DNA of 62,419 nucleotides, counting the filler, from Chiloscyllium plagiosum (lineage: Eukaryota): assembly GCF_004010195.1 (NCBI RefSeq). It is 5 parts of one record of this genome, joined end to end, with 100 filler letters (N's around TTAATTAATTAA, not from the genome) between each part and the next. Parts side by side here need not be neighbours in the genome. Positions count along the whole stretch, not along the records: positions 1 to 18,762 come from NC_057712.1; positions 18,863 to 34,335 come from NC_057712.1; 3 more parts are not named here. One strand, 5' to 3'. This document shows positions 14,336 to 26,040 of the stretch, piece after piece. Both the position numbers and the translations under genes were made by a program. Every line of letters begins with the position of its first letter. The first letter of the stretch is position 1. The notes below the pieces were generated by a model. It worked only from the letters and a program-made list of their open reading frames with translations, did not search any database and was not told where the DNA came from.

Positions 14336-14515
14336 TGTTAAAACTCACACAACACCATGTTATAATCCAACAGGTTTATTTGTGACAACCATCTGATGAA
14401 GCAGCATCGCTCCAAAAGCTAGTGCTTCCAAAATAAACCTGTTGGATTATAACCTGGTGTTGTGTAATTTTTAACTTTGTACACCCCAGTCCAACACCGT
14501 CACCTCCAAATCTTG
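14336..14515. mobile_element. Palindromic Penelope-type element, same family as 20923-21163
   Basis: gttaaaactcacacaacacc...ggtgttgtgtaatttttaac inverted arms plus tail ttgtacaccccagtcc. Flanked by actgtggaatgt repeats. Confidence 0.75.
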
Positions 14516-15177
14516 ACTGTGGAATGTGACGATGAATAATGGAGATTCAAGTAAATACAATTTAACAGCCTTGTTTACAACTTGAAAAGGAAGTAACTTT
14601 CTTGCTTTTCTTAAAACTCGATTGGTTCCTTCAGTCGACAGCTCATCAATCTGCGTGATACCAAAGTGAGCTTCAAAGACTGAGGGTCTCCTCAGAGTTG
14701 AGTTGGTGCCCTCATTGAAACATCGCTGTGAATTTGGGAGAGAAAATGCATAGAAAATCCATTATGCCCAATACAAACCAACCAGTCTAGTTATCCCTCA
14801 AGTCTCCTCTCACACACACACATATATATATATATATATCAGAGAAGCCTTCTATTCCATTTGCCAACTTATGTCTAAATGGTTTCCCATTTTAGATTTA
14901 TCTGTAGCATTTATCAAGCATTTCATCTAAATGCACCTTCAAAATCTCAAAACCCTCCAGTGCAGATGTTTACTGATGAACTCTTGTTTTGCTCTTGCCC
15001 ACAAATGGAAACAATCTCTTTCTGCCTGTCCAATCAAGACCTTGCAAAATTTTAAAGACCTCTATGAGGTCATCCCTTCTAGCTTCTCCTTCTCAGATTA
15101 AAGCTTCCCATTTCACTCTGTTTTCTCCCCTAAAATATACTCCGCTCATCAAATTTGTGAGAGTACTCTACACAAAG

Positions 15178-15397
15178 CAGAAGTGGGTACTGCAGATGCT
15201 GTAGATTAGAGTGGTGCTGGAAAAGCACAGCAGGTCAGGCAGCATCTGACAAGCAGGGAAATCAATGTTTCGGGCAAAAGCCCTTCATCAGGAATGAGGC
15301 TGGGAGCCACGGGCGTGGAGAGATGAGTGGAAGGGGGGTGGGGCTGGGGAGAACAAAGCTGAGAGTGCAGTAGGTGGATGGAGGTGGAGGTAAAGGT
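15178..15397 (-). mobile_element. Penelope 3' terminal fragment with hammerhead-like core
   Basis: Minus ctgatgaagggcttttgcccgaaac. Flanked by tctacacaa direct repeats. Confidence 0.7.
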
Positions 15398-16059
15398 CTA
15401 CACAAGGGTTCAAAGTTGTTATCACATAAAGTGAAAACCAAATCAATCTCTCCCAAAAGTATGTGTTTTATAATTACATTGAATATTTATAAAATTCATT
15501 TTGTCAAATGCCCCAAGTTGAGGGATTTTCCCTGCCCTTCAATTGCACAATCACTGAAAAGTCATGACACCAGAACTTGCCGTCCTTGCCTGAGATACAC
15601 CCGATGGCTTCATTACCGAGATTTCTTGATACCAACCTGGTTAGGTGCATTTGGTAAGGTTAGCAGCTGGTTACTAAGCGAGTTGTGCTAATAAAATTAA
15701 TAAGACCTAATCCCCAAACCAACAATTCGCCTCAGCCGAGCAACCACCTCATTCCGACACTCAGAATATGGAGGGAGATGCTCCTGATGTTGAGTTCGGG
15801 CTCTTCAGGCTTCTTGTTTGATTTTTGCCACAAATTGTGCTATAGTCACTCAGATATCTGTATAGTTCTTCCCATCATGTTCAATTCTGACGTTGTGTTA
15901 TTTTTCTTTTTGTGTTTTACCTTAACATGAATTGTTTTTGCAAAAAACATGACTGTAGGATAGGGATCTGAGTGATCTGAGGGATCTGAGGGATCTGGCA
16001 GTGATAATTACTACAGTTGCAGTTGGCTTGGATGCTAGGTTGGCTTTTCATCGAGGCCC

Positions 16060-16292
16060 TACAATGCAGATAGAGGAAACTTGGCTCATCAAGTCTCCAT
16101 CAAAGAGCTTTCCACTCAGACCCACCATCCCAACCCTACATTTCCCATGGCGAAACCACCTTTGGACTGTGAGAGGAACCCATGCAGACATGGGGAAAAT
16201 GTGTAAACTCCACACAGGTTTGCCCAAGGGTGGAATCGAACCCAGGTCACTGGTACTGTGAGACAACAGCACTAACCACTGAGCCACGACAC
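16060..16292 (-). mobile_element. tRNA-derived SINE (HE1-like)
   Basis: Minus-strand A box tggctcagtggtt and B box ggttcgattcc. Confidence 0.75.
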
Positions 16293-16595
16293 CACCCTTA
16301 AGGCAATTTTCAGGGTTCAGTTTTACGTTTTCTTTGCAAGGTTTTGGTTCATCTGAGTTTTGTTTTGGAGATTTTATTTTACTGGGAGGCCCAGCGAGCA
16401 TTTTTGCTTGTGCACTATCCCAAAACAACATACTACCGGTCAAGGGAAATGTGGGGTTGGGATGGTGAGACTGAGTGGGATGCTCTTTGGTGGAGACTTG
16501 ATGAGCCAAAGGTACCTGCCTAAGCACCAGTATCCTCAGCGTTGCGGCATATTACGAGGCTGCTGTGCATCAGGATGACCACCGACATGTTGAAC

Positions 16596-17229
16596 CTGTT
16601 GTAGTTCTGTTCACCGAGCTGGAAATTTTTGTTGCAAACGTTTCGTCTCCTGTCTAGATGACATCCTCAGTGCTTGGGAGCCTCCTGTGAAGCGCTTCTG
16701 TGGTGTTTCCTCCGGCATTTATAGTGGCCTGTCCCTGCCGCTTCCACTAGGACTTATAACAGCACACAAACCAACAGCCACCCTCAGACAACAACTCACC
16801 AGAACGAAGGACCCGATACCCATCATGAGCAAAACTAATGCAGTGTACAAAATCCCATGCAAGGACTGCACAAAACCCTATATAGGACAAACAGGAAGAC
16901 AGCTATACCATTATAGGACAAGCCAAACACAGAACAGCCAGGGAATTCCTAGAAGCATGGCACTCATCCACAAACATCAACAAACACATCGACCTGGACC
17001 CAATATACCGGCCACTACAGCGGACAGCTGAAACTGACAACCGGAAGCAGCAGGGACAGGCCACTATAAATGCCGGAGGAAACACCACAGAAGCGCTTCA
17101 CAGGAGGCTCCCAAGCACTGAGGATGTCACCTAGACAGGGGACGAAACGTTTGCAACAAAAATTTCCAGCTCGGCGAACAGAACCACAACAACGAGCACC
17201 CGAGCTACAAATCATCTCCCAAACTTTGA
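16596..17229. mobile_element. Penelope-like element (second family) with GIY-YIG fragment and 5' inversion
   Basis: AVYKIPCKDCTKPYIGQTGRQL in ORF 16687..17031. About 16598-16745 is an inverted copy of about 17041-17190. Near-TSD atgYtgaac at 16587-16595 and 17230-17238. Confidence 0.88.
17115..17154 (+). ncRNA. Minimal type I hammerhead ribozyme motif (PLE)
   Basis: gca CUGAGGA u gucaccu agac aggggac GAA ACGU U ugc. Stem I gca/ugc. Confidence 0.7.
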
Positions 17230-18261
17230 ATGCTGAACATTTCTGTGTCAGTGATGGACGCTCAGTCAGAGAAGGAATAGGTGACACTGAGATTCTCTGA
17301 ATGGGATCTGCGGCTCCTGGTGGTGTAGAGGAGAAGTGTCCTGTTCTTGGAGAACTGAAGAGGAGACTCCCAAAAAACCTAGCAGCCTGGTCTGGTTGCC
17401 ACTGGCGTCGATGCCAAGGGAGTGCCAGCAGGGCCACATGAGCTTCTCTGCTGCACCAGCTTCAGTGCCACCATCTTCTCTCTGCTTCCTCACACTCACT
17501 CCATCCCTGCTCTCACCTCCACCCCCCCGAAAACTGCCACCTAGGCTCCTGCCCTGTTATGGCACGCAACATCTTCTCTCTCTCTCACTTCTGCTCAGCC
17601 CTGTGACCTCCCGCAGCATGAACCCTGCCTCTGCACTGCCTGTGCACCTGTCTCTGAGCATTTCAACACCTTTCCCACTACTTGCACCAGCACAAAGAGA
17701 ATGCCGCCCACTCTCTCATCTACCCTATTCCTCCCTTCCTCTTCTTTCAGAAGAATACAGTCCATACTGATGGAGGCTGGTCGACATTACCCTCTTCAGC
17801 CTCAGTGAGTGTAAAGGCCCAGAGCTGCTGGGTCCCTGCCTGACCGAGTAAACACCACGCTTCATTCCACTGTACTCCAACATCTCTCCACTCTCACAGC
17901 TACCAGCAGGAATGACCAAGCTCTTGATGAAGAAATGGCCTGCTCCCCCAGGGACCTCTGAGGAAATGAGTATTGAGGCCTCAGAGTAGATCTCAGGAAG
18001 GCTGCCGCACCCCTGTCAAGCTTGGAAAGTTTGGGAGCACAGTCTGGGGAAGGGCTCACTGCAGAAACACCCTAGCTGGCTGAGGAAGAATCATCTGAGG
18101 CCCACAGGTACTTTTAGACCCTGGAAGGAGAAGTCCTGTGGTGCTGTCTATGCAAGAAGGCGCAGGAGCTGTAGGCAGATGTGTGGGAAGCAATGGGGCT
18201 CAAAACCCAGAGGCTTCCAGACTGCAACCATGCTATGGGGACCTAGTTGCCGCAAGCACGT

Positions 18262-18762
18262 GACTTGACCTAGTCTTGGGAAATAAGGCAGGGCAGGTGA
18301 CTGAGGTGTCAGTGGGGGAGCACTTTGGGGCCAGCGACCAAAATTCTATTAGATTTTAAATAGTGATGGAAAAGGATAGACCAGATCTAAAAGTTGAAGT
18401 TCTAAATTGGAGAAAAACCAATTTTGACAGTAACGGCTGGAAAATGGGAAGCCTTCAGAAATGGGATAACGAGAATCCAGAGAAAGTATATTCCTGTTAG
18501 GGTGAAAGGAAAGGCTGGAAGGTATAGGGAATGCTGGATGACTAAAGAAATTGAGAGTTTGGTTAAGAAAAAGAAGGAAGCATATGTAAGGTATAGACAG
18601 GATAGGTCGAGTGAATAAAGGCAGTAGGAGTATACTGAAGAGGGAAATCAGGAAGGCAAAAAGGGGACATGAAATAGCTTTGGCAAATAGAGTTAAGGAG
18701 AATGCAAAGGGTTTTTACAAATACATTAAGGACAAAAGTGTAACTAGGGAGAGAATAGGGCC
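18262..18762 (+). mobile_element. CR1 ORF2 fragment (endonuclease-RT linker)
   Basis: LDLVLGN, WMTKEIE, EIRKAKR..GFYKYIK motifs. Confidence 0.85.
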
Positions 18763-18862
18763 NNNNNNNNNNNNNNNNNNNNNNNNNNNNNNNNNNNNNN
18801 NNNNNNTTAATTAATTAANNNNNNNNNNNNNNNNNNNNNNNNNNNNNNNNNNNNNNNNNNNN
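18763..18862. other. Artificial gap linker
   Basis: 44 N + TTAATTAATTAA + 44 N. Confidence 0.98.
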
Positions 18863-19268
18863 GCTGGAAAAGCGCAGCAGGTCAGGCAGCATCCAAGGAA
18901 CAGGAGAATCGACGTTTCGGGCATAAGTCCTTCTTCAGGAATGAGGAAAGTGTGTCCAGCAGGCTAAGATAAAAGGTAGGGAGGAGGGACTTGGGGGAGG
19001 GGCTTTGGGAAGGTGCCTTCCTAACCTGCAATCATCTGCCTGACCTCTCTGCCCCCACCCCACTCCGGCCTATCACCCTCACCTTGACCTCCCTCCACCT
19101 ATCACAACTCCAACGCCCCTCCCCCAAGTCCCTCCTCCCTACCTTTTATCTTAGCCTGCTGGACACACTTTCCTCATTCCTGAAGAAGGACTTATGCCCG
19201 AAACGTCGATTCTCCTGTTCCCTGGAGGCTGCCTGACCTGCTGCGTTTTTCCAGCAACACATTTTCAG
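18863..19268. mobile_element. Palindromic Penelope pseudo-LTR with hammerhead core on both strands
   Basis: About 18863-19005 is the reverse complement of about 19112-19254. ctgaagaaggacttatgcccgaaacgtc occurs in both arms. Confidence 0.85.
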
Positions 19269-20922
19269 ATGTGATGAAAGACTCAATTTATACAAGTGGT
19301 GAACACAGTCTGTTTAAACATTTCCAACTAATTAACTAATCCAACCAATAATTTTTTCAGAGTAAGAGAATTCAAATATGATCCCACATCTGACCATTGC
19401 GTGGTTTCACATGTGGCAGCTTCAATGTGCTCTACAACACCTCCAATTTTCAATGTGCTTCTCTCATAAACTTTGAACATTCTTGTCAGAATGATTGAGC
19501 TAAACATAAATACAATACCTCAACAGAACCGTATCGATCTCAATCGATTCATTTAAAGCAACAAATAACTTTTTTACAACAAAGAGACATTTGCTGCAGT
19601 GAATGATTTGTTTCCCCAACAAAGGAGCCAACTCCACAACTCCAATAGAATTTAACCCCCTGTACCAATGCCCAATAGAGATGGTTGGTCAGAAATGAAT
19701 CTGAAACACTGGGCAATAATTTAGCTTTGAAGAGAAATCCTCACTATAAAGGATATTAAAAGGAACACGAGCATCCAGGACAGCTCTGTTAGGGACAGTC
19801 AGAGCGACCAGAGCTGGAACCTGATGTCTGGTTAATGTGTGGCTGGAAGACCACATGGTTCCTCCATATGGGTTTGAGGGAGGGGGCAGGAACTGGGCAG
19901 ATGGGATAGAATTTGGGGAAATGTGATGGTAGCCAAATGTGGAAAAAATATCCCAGGGGAATGTTTTGTATTGATGAGTGACTGGAAAATGGTGGCATTC
20001 AGAGTGACCTGGACGTCCTTCTATATGAACCATAGAACAATAGCGTGCAGGTTCAGCAAGCTATTAGAGAAATACTAGCTTTATCTTAGATTTTATTAGA
20101 AAGGAAGTGAAAGTACAAAATTCTTACTTAAAATAGTGAAGTGAGACCACAGTCTTGACCAGGTTCCTTTACCTGGGAAAGAATATTCTTGCTTTACTGG
20201 GAGTGTAACCAGTGTTCATTAGACAGATTGTGCACTGCAAGTAAGTAGAAGCCATCCAGCTGTACAAACCTGCTTGGCTAACCTATAAGATCATGGCTGG
20301 CCTGTTTGTTTTTGAATTTCATATTCCCATCTATCCCCATTGACTTTTTATGCCAAGGAATACCCCGAGAAGTGAAGCTCAGCTGTGATTGGCTGAATAC
20401 TGAAACAGGCTTGAAGAGCATCTCTCTTGTTCAACCTGAGGAAAGACAAAATGGTCCAGTGCCAAATAACAACCAAGGTCTTTCCATCATAGCACAACGT
20501 GTTGACCCATTGAATTGGGCAGCCTGAACAGTGCCATTGATTATAATTGTTGAACTAAACTAACGGGATCAATGAGCCTAAATATGGAAGAAAGCCTCGC
20601 TCATGATATTAATGTCGCTGAATAATTTTGGATAAAGAATTGATCTAAGAGACCAATACTGCTAACTACCAGTAGAGGGCAGTACTTACAAACAAATCAA
20701 AAGTCTTTGGCGATGATGGAAGCTTTCAAGGTCTACATCCAGGCTCATTTCATTAGGCTGTTTTAGGGGGTCAGTCAGCTCAGTTGGTTTGTTCCAACAA
20801 CACAGGCTGAATTCCCACACCGCATGGTGACTGTTAGGTTAAACCACCATCAATTATCTATCTCTGATGAGAGAGTTGCCCTGAGGTTCTCTGGGAGTAT
20901 GTACGCCCGCTTAATGAACACA

Positions 20923-21163
20923 GTTAAAAATCACACAACACCAGGTTATAGTCCAACAGGTTTAATTGGAAGCACACTAGCTTTTGGAGCGACGCTCCTT
21001 CATCAGGTGATAGCGGAAGGCTCGATCGAGCCCTCCACTATCACCTGATGAAGGAGCGTCACTCCGAAAGCTAGTGTGCTTCCAATTAAACCTGTTGGAC
21101 TATAACCAGGCGTTGTGTGATTTTTAACTTTGTACACCCCAGTCCAACACCGGCATCTCCCAA
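20923..21163 (+). mobile_element. Palindromic non-autonomous Penelope-type element with 3' extension
   Basis: Inverted repeat 20922-21129 centred on ctcgatcgag. Unpaired 34-nt tail. 12-bp TSD ttaatgaacaca at 20911-20922 and 21164-21175. Confidence 0.85.
21042..21076 (+). ncRNA. Minimal type I hammerhead ribozyme motif
   Basis: cac CUGAUGA a ggag cguca cucc GAA AGCU A gug. Stem I cac/gug, palindromic AGCU. Confidence 0.72.
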
Positions 21164-21197
21164 TTAATGAACACACGTTGCATTTTCTTCAAGTTTT

Positions 21198-21510
21198 GGG
21201 CAGCACATTGGCTCAGTGGTTAGCCCTGCTGCCTCACAGCACCAGGGTCCCAGGTTCGATTCCAGCCTCAGGTGACTGTGTGGAGTTTGCACACATTCTC
21301 CCCATGTCTGCGTGGGTTTCATCCAGGTGCTCTGGTTTCTTCCCAAAGTCCAAAGATGTGCAGTTTAGGTGAACTGGCCATGCTTAATTGTCCATAGTGC
21401 TAGGTGCATTAGTCAGAGGGAAATAGATCTGGGTGGGTTATTCTTCGGAGAGTCGGTGTGGAGTGGTTGGGCTGAAGGGCCTGTTTCCGCACTGTAGGGA
21501 ATCTAATCTT
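21198..21510 (+). mobile_element. HE1-type tRNA SINE
   Basis: A box tggctcagtggtt, B box ggttcgattcc, tail gaatctaatct. Confidence 0.85.
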
Positions 21511-22404
21511 AATGTAAGAGCAAATTACTGCACATGCTGGAATCTGTACTGAAAACAATAAATGCTGGAGATCACAACAGGCCAGGCAGCATCCATGGAA
21601 AGAGTGCAAGCTAACAGTTTGAGTCTAGCTGACTCTTCATCAGAGCTGGAGGGGACAGACTTCACGTTAGCTCAGAGTCATCTAGATTTGTTGCCTTGCA
21701 ATCTCTCCACGGATGTTCCCTGACCTGCTGTGATCTCCAGCATTTGTTGTTTTCCTCCAAGTTAATGTCAGAATTCTCTTCATTGACGCATTTGTATAAT
21801 TAATCAGTGTTAAATTACCATATTGTCCTATACAAAACATAGTGATGGAAAGCCTTAATTTCAATGTATTATCGAGATATAAATTGGTGGTGATGTTGGC
21901 ATCTTTTCGAGCGTTAAATGCAGTCATGTAGTTTAACGGAGGGAAAATTAAACACAGAATACATTTCCGTATTTGGGTTTCAGTGTGTGTGTTATTAGCT
22001 GTGAACAAAACTGGAAGATCAATTGGTTAGAATGGACGGATGGCAAGAATTAGCTGAAAAAGATACAAGTTTCAGTTGTTGTATGAAGCCGTAACTACTT
22101 CTCCCATTTATTTAAGAAGAATTGGGTGGAAGCTTCACTTAAGTTGCTGCAGAGAAACCATAAGTGCCCTTCCCAATGGCTAGAGTAGAGCATGAACGGA
22201 GTGGTGTTAGTTTTGTGAGTTGAGGAGAATCTTTGAAAATGTAAACTTTCTCGCATTTAACAGCTAAGATTTCACTGAAGTGTGCCATTTGAATTCAAGG
22301 GCCAAAACAGAGGAAGACAAACTATTTACTGGGGAACAACTGTAATCAGTTACTTAAGGAAGCTAATCTAACATGTTTTATTTGTAATGGGGATTCAGTT
22401 CCAA

Positions 22405-23193
22405 CATAGAGTCATAGAGTCATAGAGATGTACAGCACGGAAGCAGACCCTTCGGTCCAACTCGTCCATGCCGACCAGATATCCCAACTCAATCTATCCC
22501 ACCTCCCAGTACTTGGCCCATATCCCTCCAAATCCTTCCTATTCATATACCCATCCAGATGCCTCTTAAATGTTGCAATTGTACTAGCCTCCACCACTTC
22601 CTCTGCCAGCTCATTCCACACATGCACCACCCTCTGCGTGAAAAAGTTGTCCCTTAAGTCTCTTTTATAGCTTTCCCCTCTCACCCTAAACCTAAGCCCT
22701 CTAGCTCTGGACTCCCCCACCCCAGGGAAAAGACTTTGTCTATTTATCCTCCTCTGGGCCACCCGGACGAACCAACCCAATCACCCTGTAGCACAGCATT
22801 TCAACTCCCCCTCCCACTCCACCGAGGATATGCAGGTCATTGGACTCATCCACCGCCAAACCACAACAACGCGACGGTCGGAGGAGGAGCTTATCCTTTT
22901 GCATCATTTGAGATGCTATATTTCGACAGAGCATGAGCCCGAAATGTCGATTCTCCTGCTCCTTGGATGCTGCCTGACCTGCTGCGCTTTTCCAGCAACA
23001 CATTTTCAGCTCTGATCTCCAGCATCTGCAGTCCTCACTTTCTCCTCGAAAATCTCTTCTGAACCCTTTCAAGTTTCACAACATCCTTCCAATAGGAAGG
23101 AGACCAGAATTGCATGCAATATTCCAAAAGTAGCCTAACCAATGTCCTGTATAGCCACAACATGTTCTCCCAACTCCTGTACTCAATACTCTG
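22405..23193 (-). mobile_element. CR1 3' end with nested Penelope fragment (about 22751-23048)
   Basis: DNFFTQRVVHVWNEL and a (ctatgact)n tail. Interrupted by PLE sequence (MQVIGLIHRQTTTTRRSEEE plus terminal repeat). Confidence 0.85.
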
Positions 23194-23637
23194 TCGAAAT
23201 ATAGCATCTCAATGTGACTTAGCGTGGCATGCAACTTGAATGGTTAGTTGGGGGAGTAAAGGGAAGGAACTGCCCTTTTAACTTTATAGTTTAAGTTTCT
23301 CACCCTTTAGGAATTGGTCCTGTCTCTCACCATTAAGTGTCTAATGTATAGGTACAGGACAAAGGGCTAAATGATGCAAAAGGATAAGTATCTCAACTTT
23401 CTACTGTTCAACGTCCAGTTTAATAAAGCTTATCTGAAAGTCAGTTTGAGGTGTGGCAGACATGTGGAACGTCTGTCCAGGGGCAAGTGAGGAGATGTCA
23501 AAACTTCACATGACCTCGGTGAACACATCTGCAGAAATGTCACCAGCTGCAGAAACGGAAGCTCTGGCTTGCGGAACTCAAACAGCAGTTGCTGTCACTG
23601 AGGTTATTTGTAAGGTACAGTACATTTCTGGAGGGAA

Positions 23638-24340
23638 TCAGAGAGATGTACAGCACAGAAACAGACCCTTCAGTCCTAGTTGTCCATGCTGACCAGGTGT
23701 CCTAAATTAATCCAGTCCTATTTGCCAGCACCTGGCCCATATCCTTCTAAACCCTTCCTATCCATATACCCATCCAGATGCCTTTTAAATGCTGTAATTG
23801 TACCAGCCTCCACCACTTCCTCTGGCAGCTCATTCCATACATGCACCACCCTCTGCATGAAAATGTTGCCCCTGAGGTCCCTTTTAAATCTTTCTCCTCT
23901 CACCCTAAACCTATGCCCTCTAGTTTTGGACTCCCCTGCCCCAGGGAAAAGGCTTTGACTATTCACCTTATTCATGCCTCTCATGATTTTATAAACTTCC
24001 ATAATGTCAACCCTCAGCCTGCAATTCTCTCGGAAAAATAGCCTAATCAGCCTCTCCTTGCAGCTCAAACCCTCCAACCCTGGCAATATCTTTGTAAGAC
24101 TCTTCTGAATCCTTTCAAGCTTCACAACATCTTTCTGATAGCAAGGAGACCAGAATTGAATGCAGTATTCCAAAAATGGCCGAACCAATGTCCTCTACAG
24201 CTGCAATATGACTTCCTAACTCCTGTACTCAGTGCGCTGATCAATGAAGGCAAGCATACCAAACACCTTCTTCACTATCCTGTCTACCTGCGACTGCACA
24301 TTCAAGGAACTGTGAACCTACACCCCAAGGTCTCTTTTGT
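23638..24340 (-). mobile_element. CR1 3' fragment
   Basis: ORF 23718..24188 VRPFLEYCIQFWSP...RVVHVWNELP. Confidence 0.9.
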
Positions 24341-24344
24341 CATG

Positions 24345-25330
24345 CAGTAGGATAGAGCCATGCAGTTGGTAGGTAGGTATTGCATGACTGCCCACCAGTC
24401 CAAGAGAAATCGGCAGGCAGTGCAGGAATCCTCTGAGACAATTTTGCTCACTAACTGCTTTCTGTTCTGGATACTAGGCAAGGCACAGTTCCTCAGCGAA
24501 GTGTAACAAGGGCCAAGCCTGTGGCACTGTGGGAGGAAAGGGAAAAACAGAAGAGTAATATGGTCGGGGATTCATTGTTTAGGGGAGCGGACAGGCATAT
24601 CAGGAGCTGTAGATGTGACTCCACGTTGGAACATTGCCTCTCCAGGACCTGGTAAAGGATGTTACAGAGCTGGCCAAAGAAATCTGCTGAAGAAGGGTGA
24701 TCAGCCGGAGTTCTGATCCATGTTGGTATCAGGGATATGAGTCAGAAGCGGGAATATCGTACTGCAGTCAGAATTTAGGAATCTGGGTAGAATATTGGCA
24801 AGCAGGACTTGAAAGTAGCAAACTTCAGATTACACCCAGTTCCACACTCACTTGAGAATGAAGATAAGGAGAAACTTCTTCAGCCAGAGAGTGGTGAATC
24901 TATGGAACTCACTGCCACAGAAGGCTGTGGAGGCCAGGTCGTTGAGTATATGTAAGATGGAGACAGATAGGTTATTGATTGGCAAGGGGATCAAGGGTTA
25001 CAGGGAGAATGGGGTTGAGAAACTTACCAGCCACGATTGAATGGCGGAGCAGACTTGATGGGCTGAATGGCCTAATTTCTGTTCCTATGCCTTATGGTCT
25101 TCTGGTCAGTACAGACAGACGAGAATGAGGCAGATGACTGTGTGTTTGGGAGGACAGTGGAGAAGGGACAGTTTTAGGTTCCTGGGACATGGGCACAGGC
25201 TGTGAGAGAGATGACACCTGTACAAGCAGGACTGAACAGAGTCAGGGTTGAGTTGCTATTGGAGCATTTTGATTGATTTGGATTTGGAGAAAATTCTCAG
25301 GGATGTGGGAGGCACGAGAAAATCTCAAAG
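24345..25330 (+). mobile_element. Decayed CR1 ORF1 (esterase) with nested CR1 3' end (about 24851-25105)
   Basis: GDSLFRG (ggggattcattgtttaggg) and IHVG motifs. Nested RRNFFSQRVVNLWNSLP. Confidence 0.7.
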
Positions 25331-25349
25331 AGGGAATTGAGCGACACAG

Positions 25350-26040
25350 AAAACAGGATTCAGAGTGAGCCATTCAGCCCATTGAGGTGATGCAACATTG
25401 AGCATGATCATGGCTGATCCCCTATATCTCAACACCATACTCCCAGTCTCATCCACATAACCCTTGACACCTTTAGCTTTGAGAAATCAATCTATTACGT
25501 TTAAATATATTCAGTGACCTTACCCCCACAGCCATACATAGAGAATTCCACAGGTTCACCATCCTCTGAATAAAGATATTTATCTTTGTCTCAGTTTGAA
25601 ATGGTCTACCGAGACTCTGTGGACTGAATCACCACCTCTCCCCTCCCCACAGCCCCAATTCCGTCCCCGCGCAATCTCAGGCCAAGGGAAACATTATCCT
25701 TGCATCTGGGAGGACCGACCCTTTTCAATCAGATCTGCTTTCATTCTTGTAAATTCAGGCCACGGTCAATCCAATCCCTCCTCAGACCTGCCATCCCAGG
25801 AAGCAGTTTGGTGAACCTTAGCTGCACGCCCCTCTATGGTAAGCGCATCTTTTCAGAGATAAAGAAACCAAAAACACTACAAGGTACTCCAGGTGTGGTG
25901 CCACCATAGCAATATATGGCAACTGTAAGACTTTCCTTTGCTCTAACCCTCTTGCAAAGCTGGCTGGTACACCATTTGCTTTCCTGAACGCTTTCTGCAA
26001 CCCCCTCTCCCCACGCTCACTTTCAATGACAAGTGTACGA
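25350..26040 (-). mobile_element. CR1 3' fragment, degenerate
   Basis: VAPHLEY in ORF 25818..26000 and QRMVNLWNS-like sequence. Confidence 0.7.

Noticed and set aside
14520..14725. Good minus-strand acceptor (ttttctctcccaaattcacag) followed by an open frame
   Set aside because: No recognisable protein similarity and no strong donor. It cannot be supported without RNA data.
16075..16510. Inverted repeat between about 16075-16146 and 16444-16510
   Set aside because: Explained by two diverged SINE 3' parts in opposite orientation.
18763..18862. TTAATTAATTAA palindrome within N runs (also 34336, 52991, 58430)
   Set aside because: Identical synthetic six-frame-stop linker, not biological. Adjacency across linkers is unproven, although the SOUL exons and CR1 pieces are colinear across 34336-34435.
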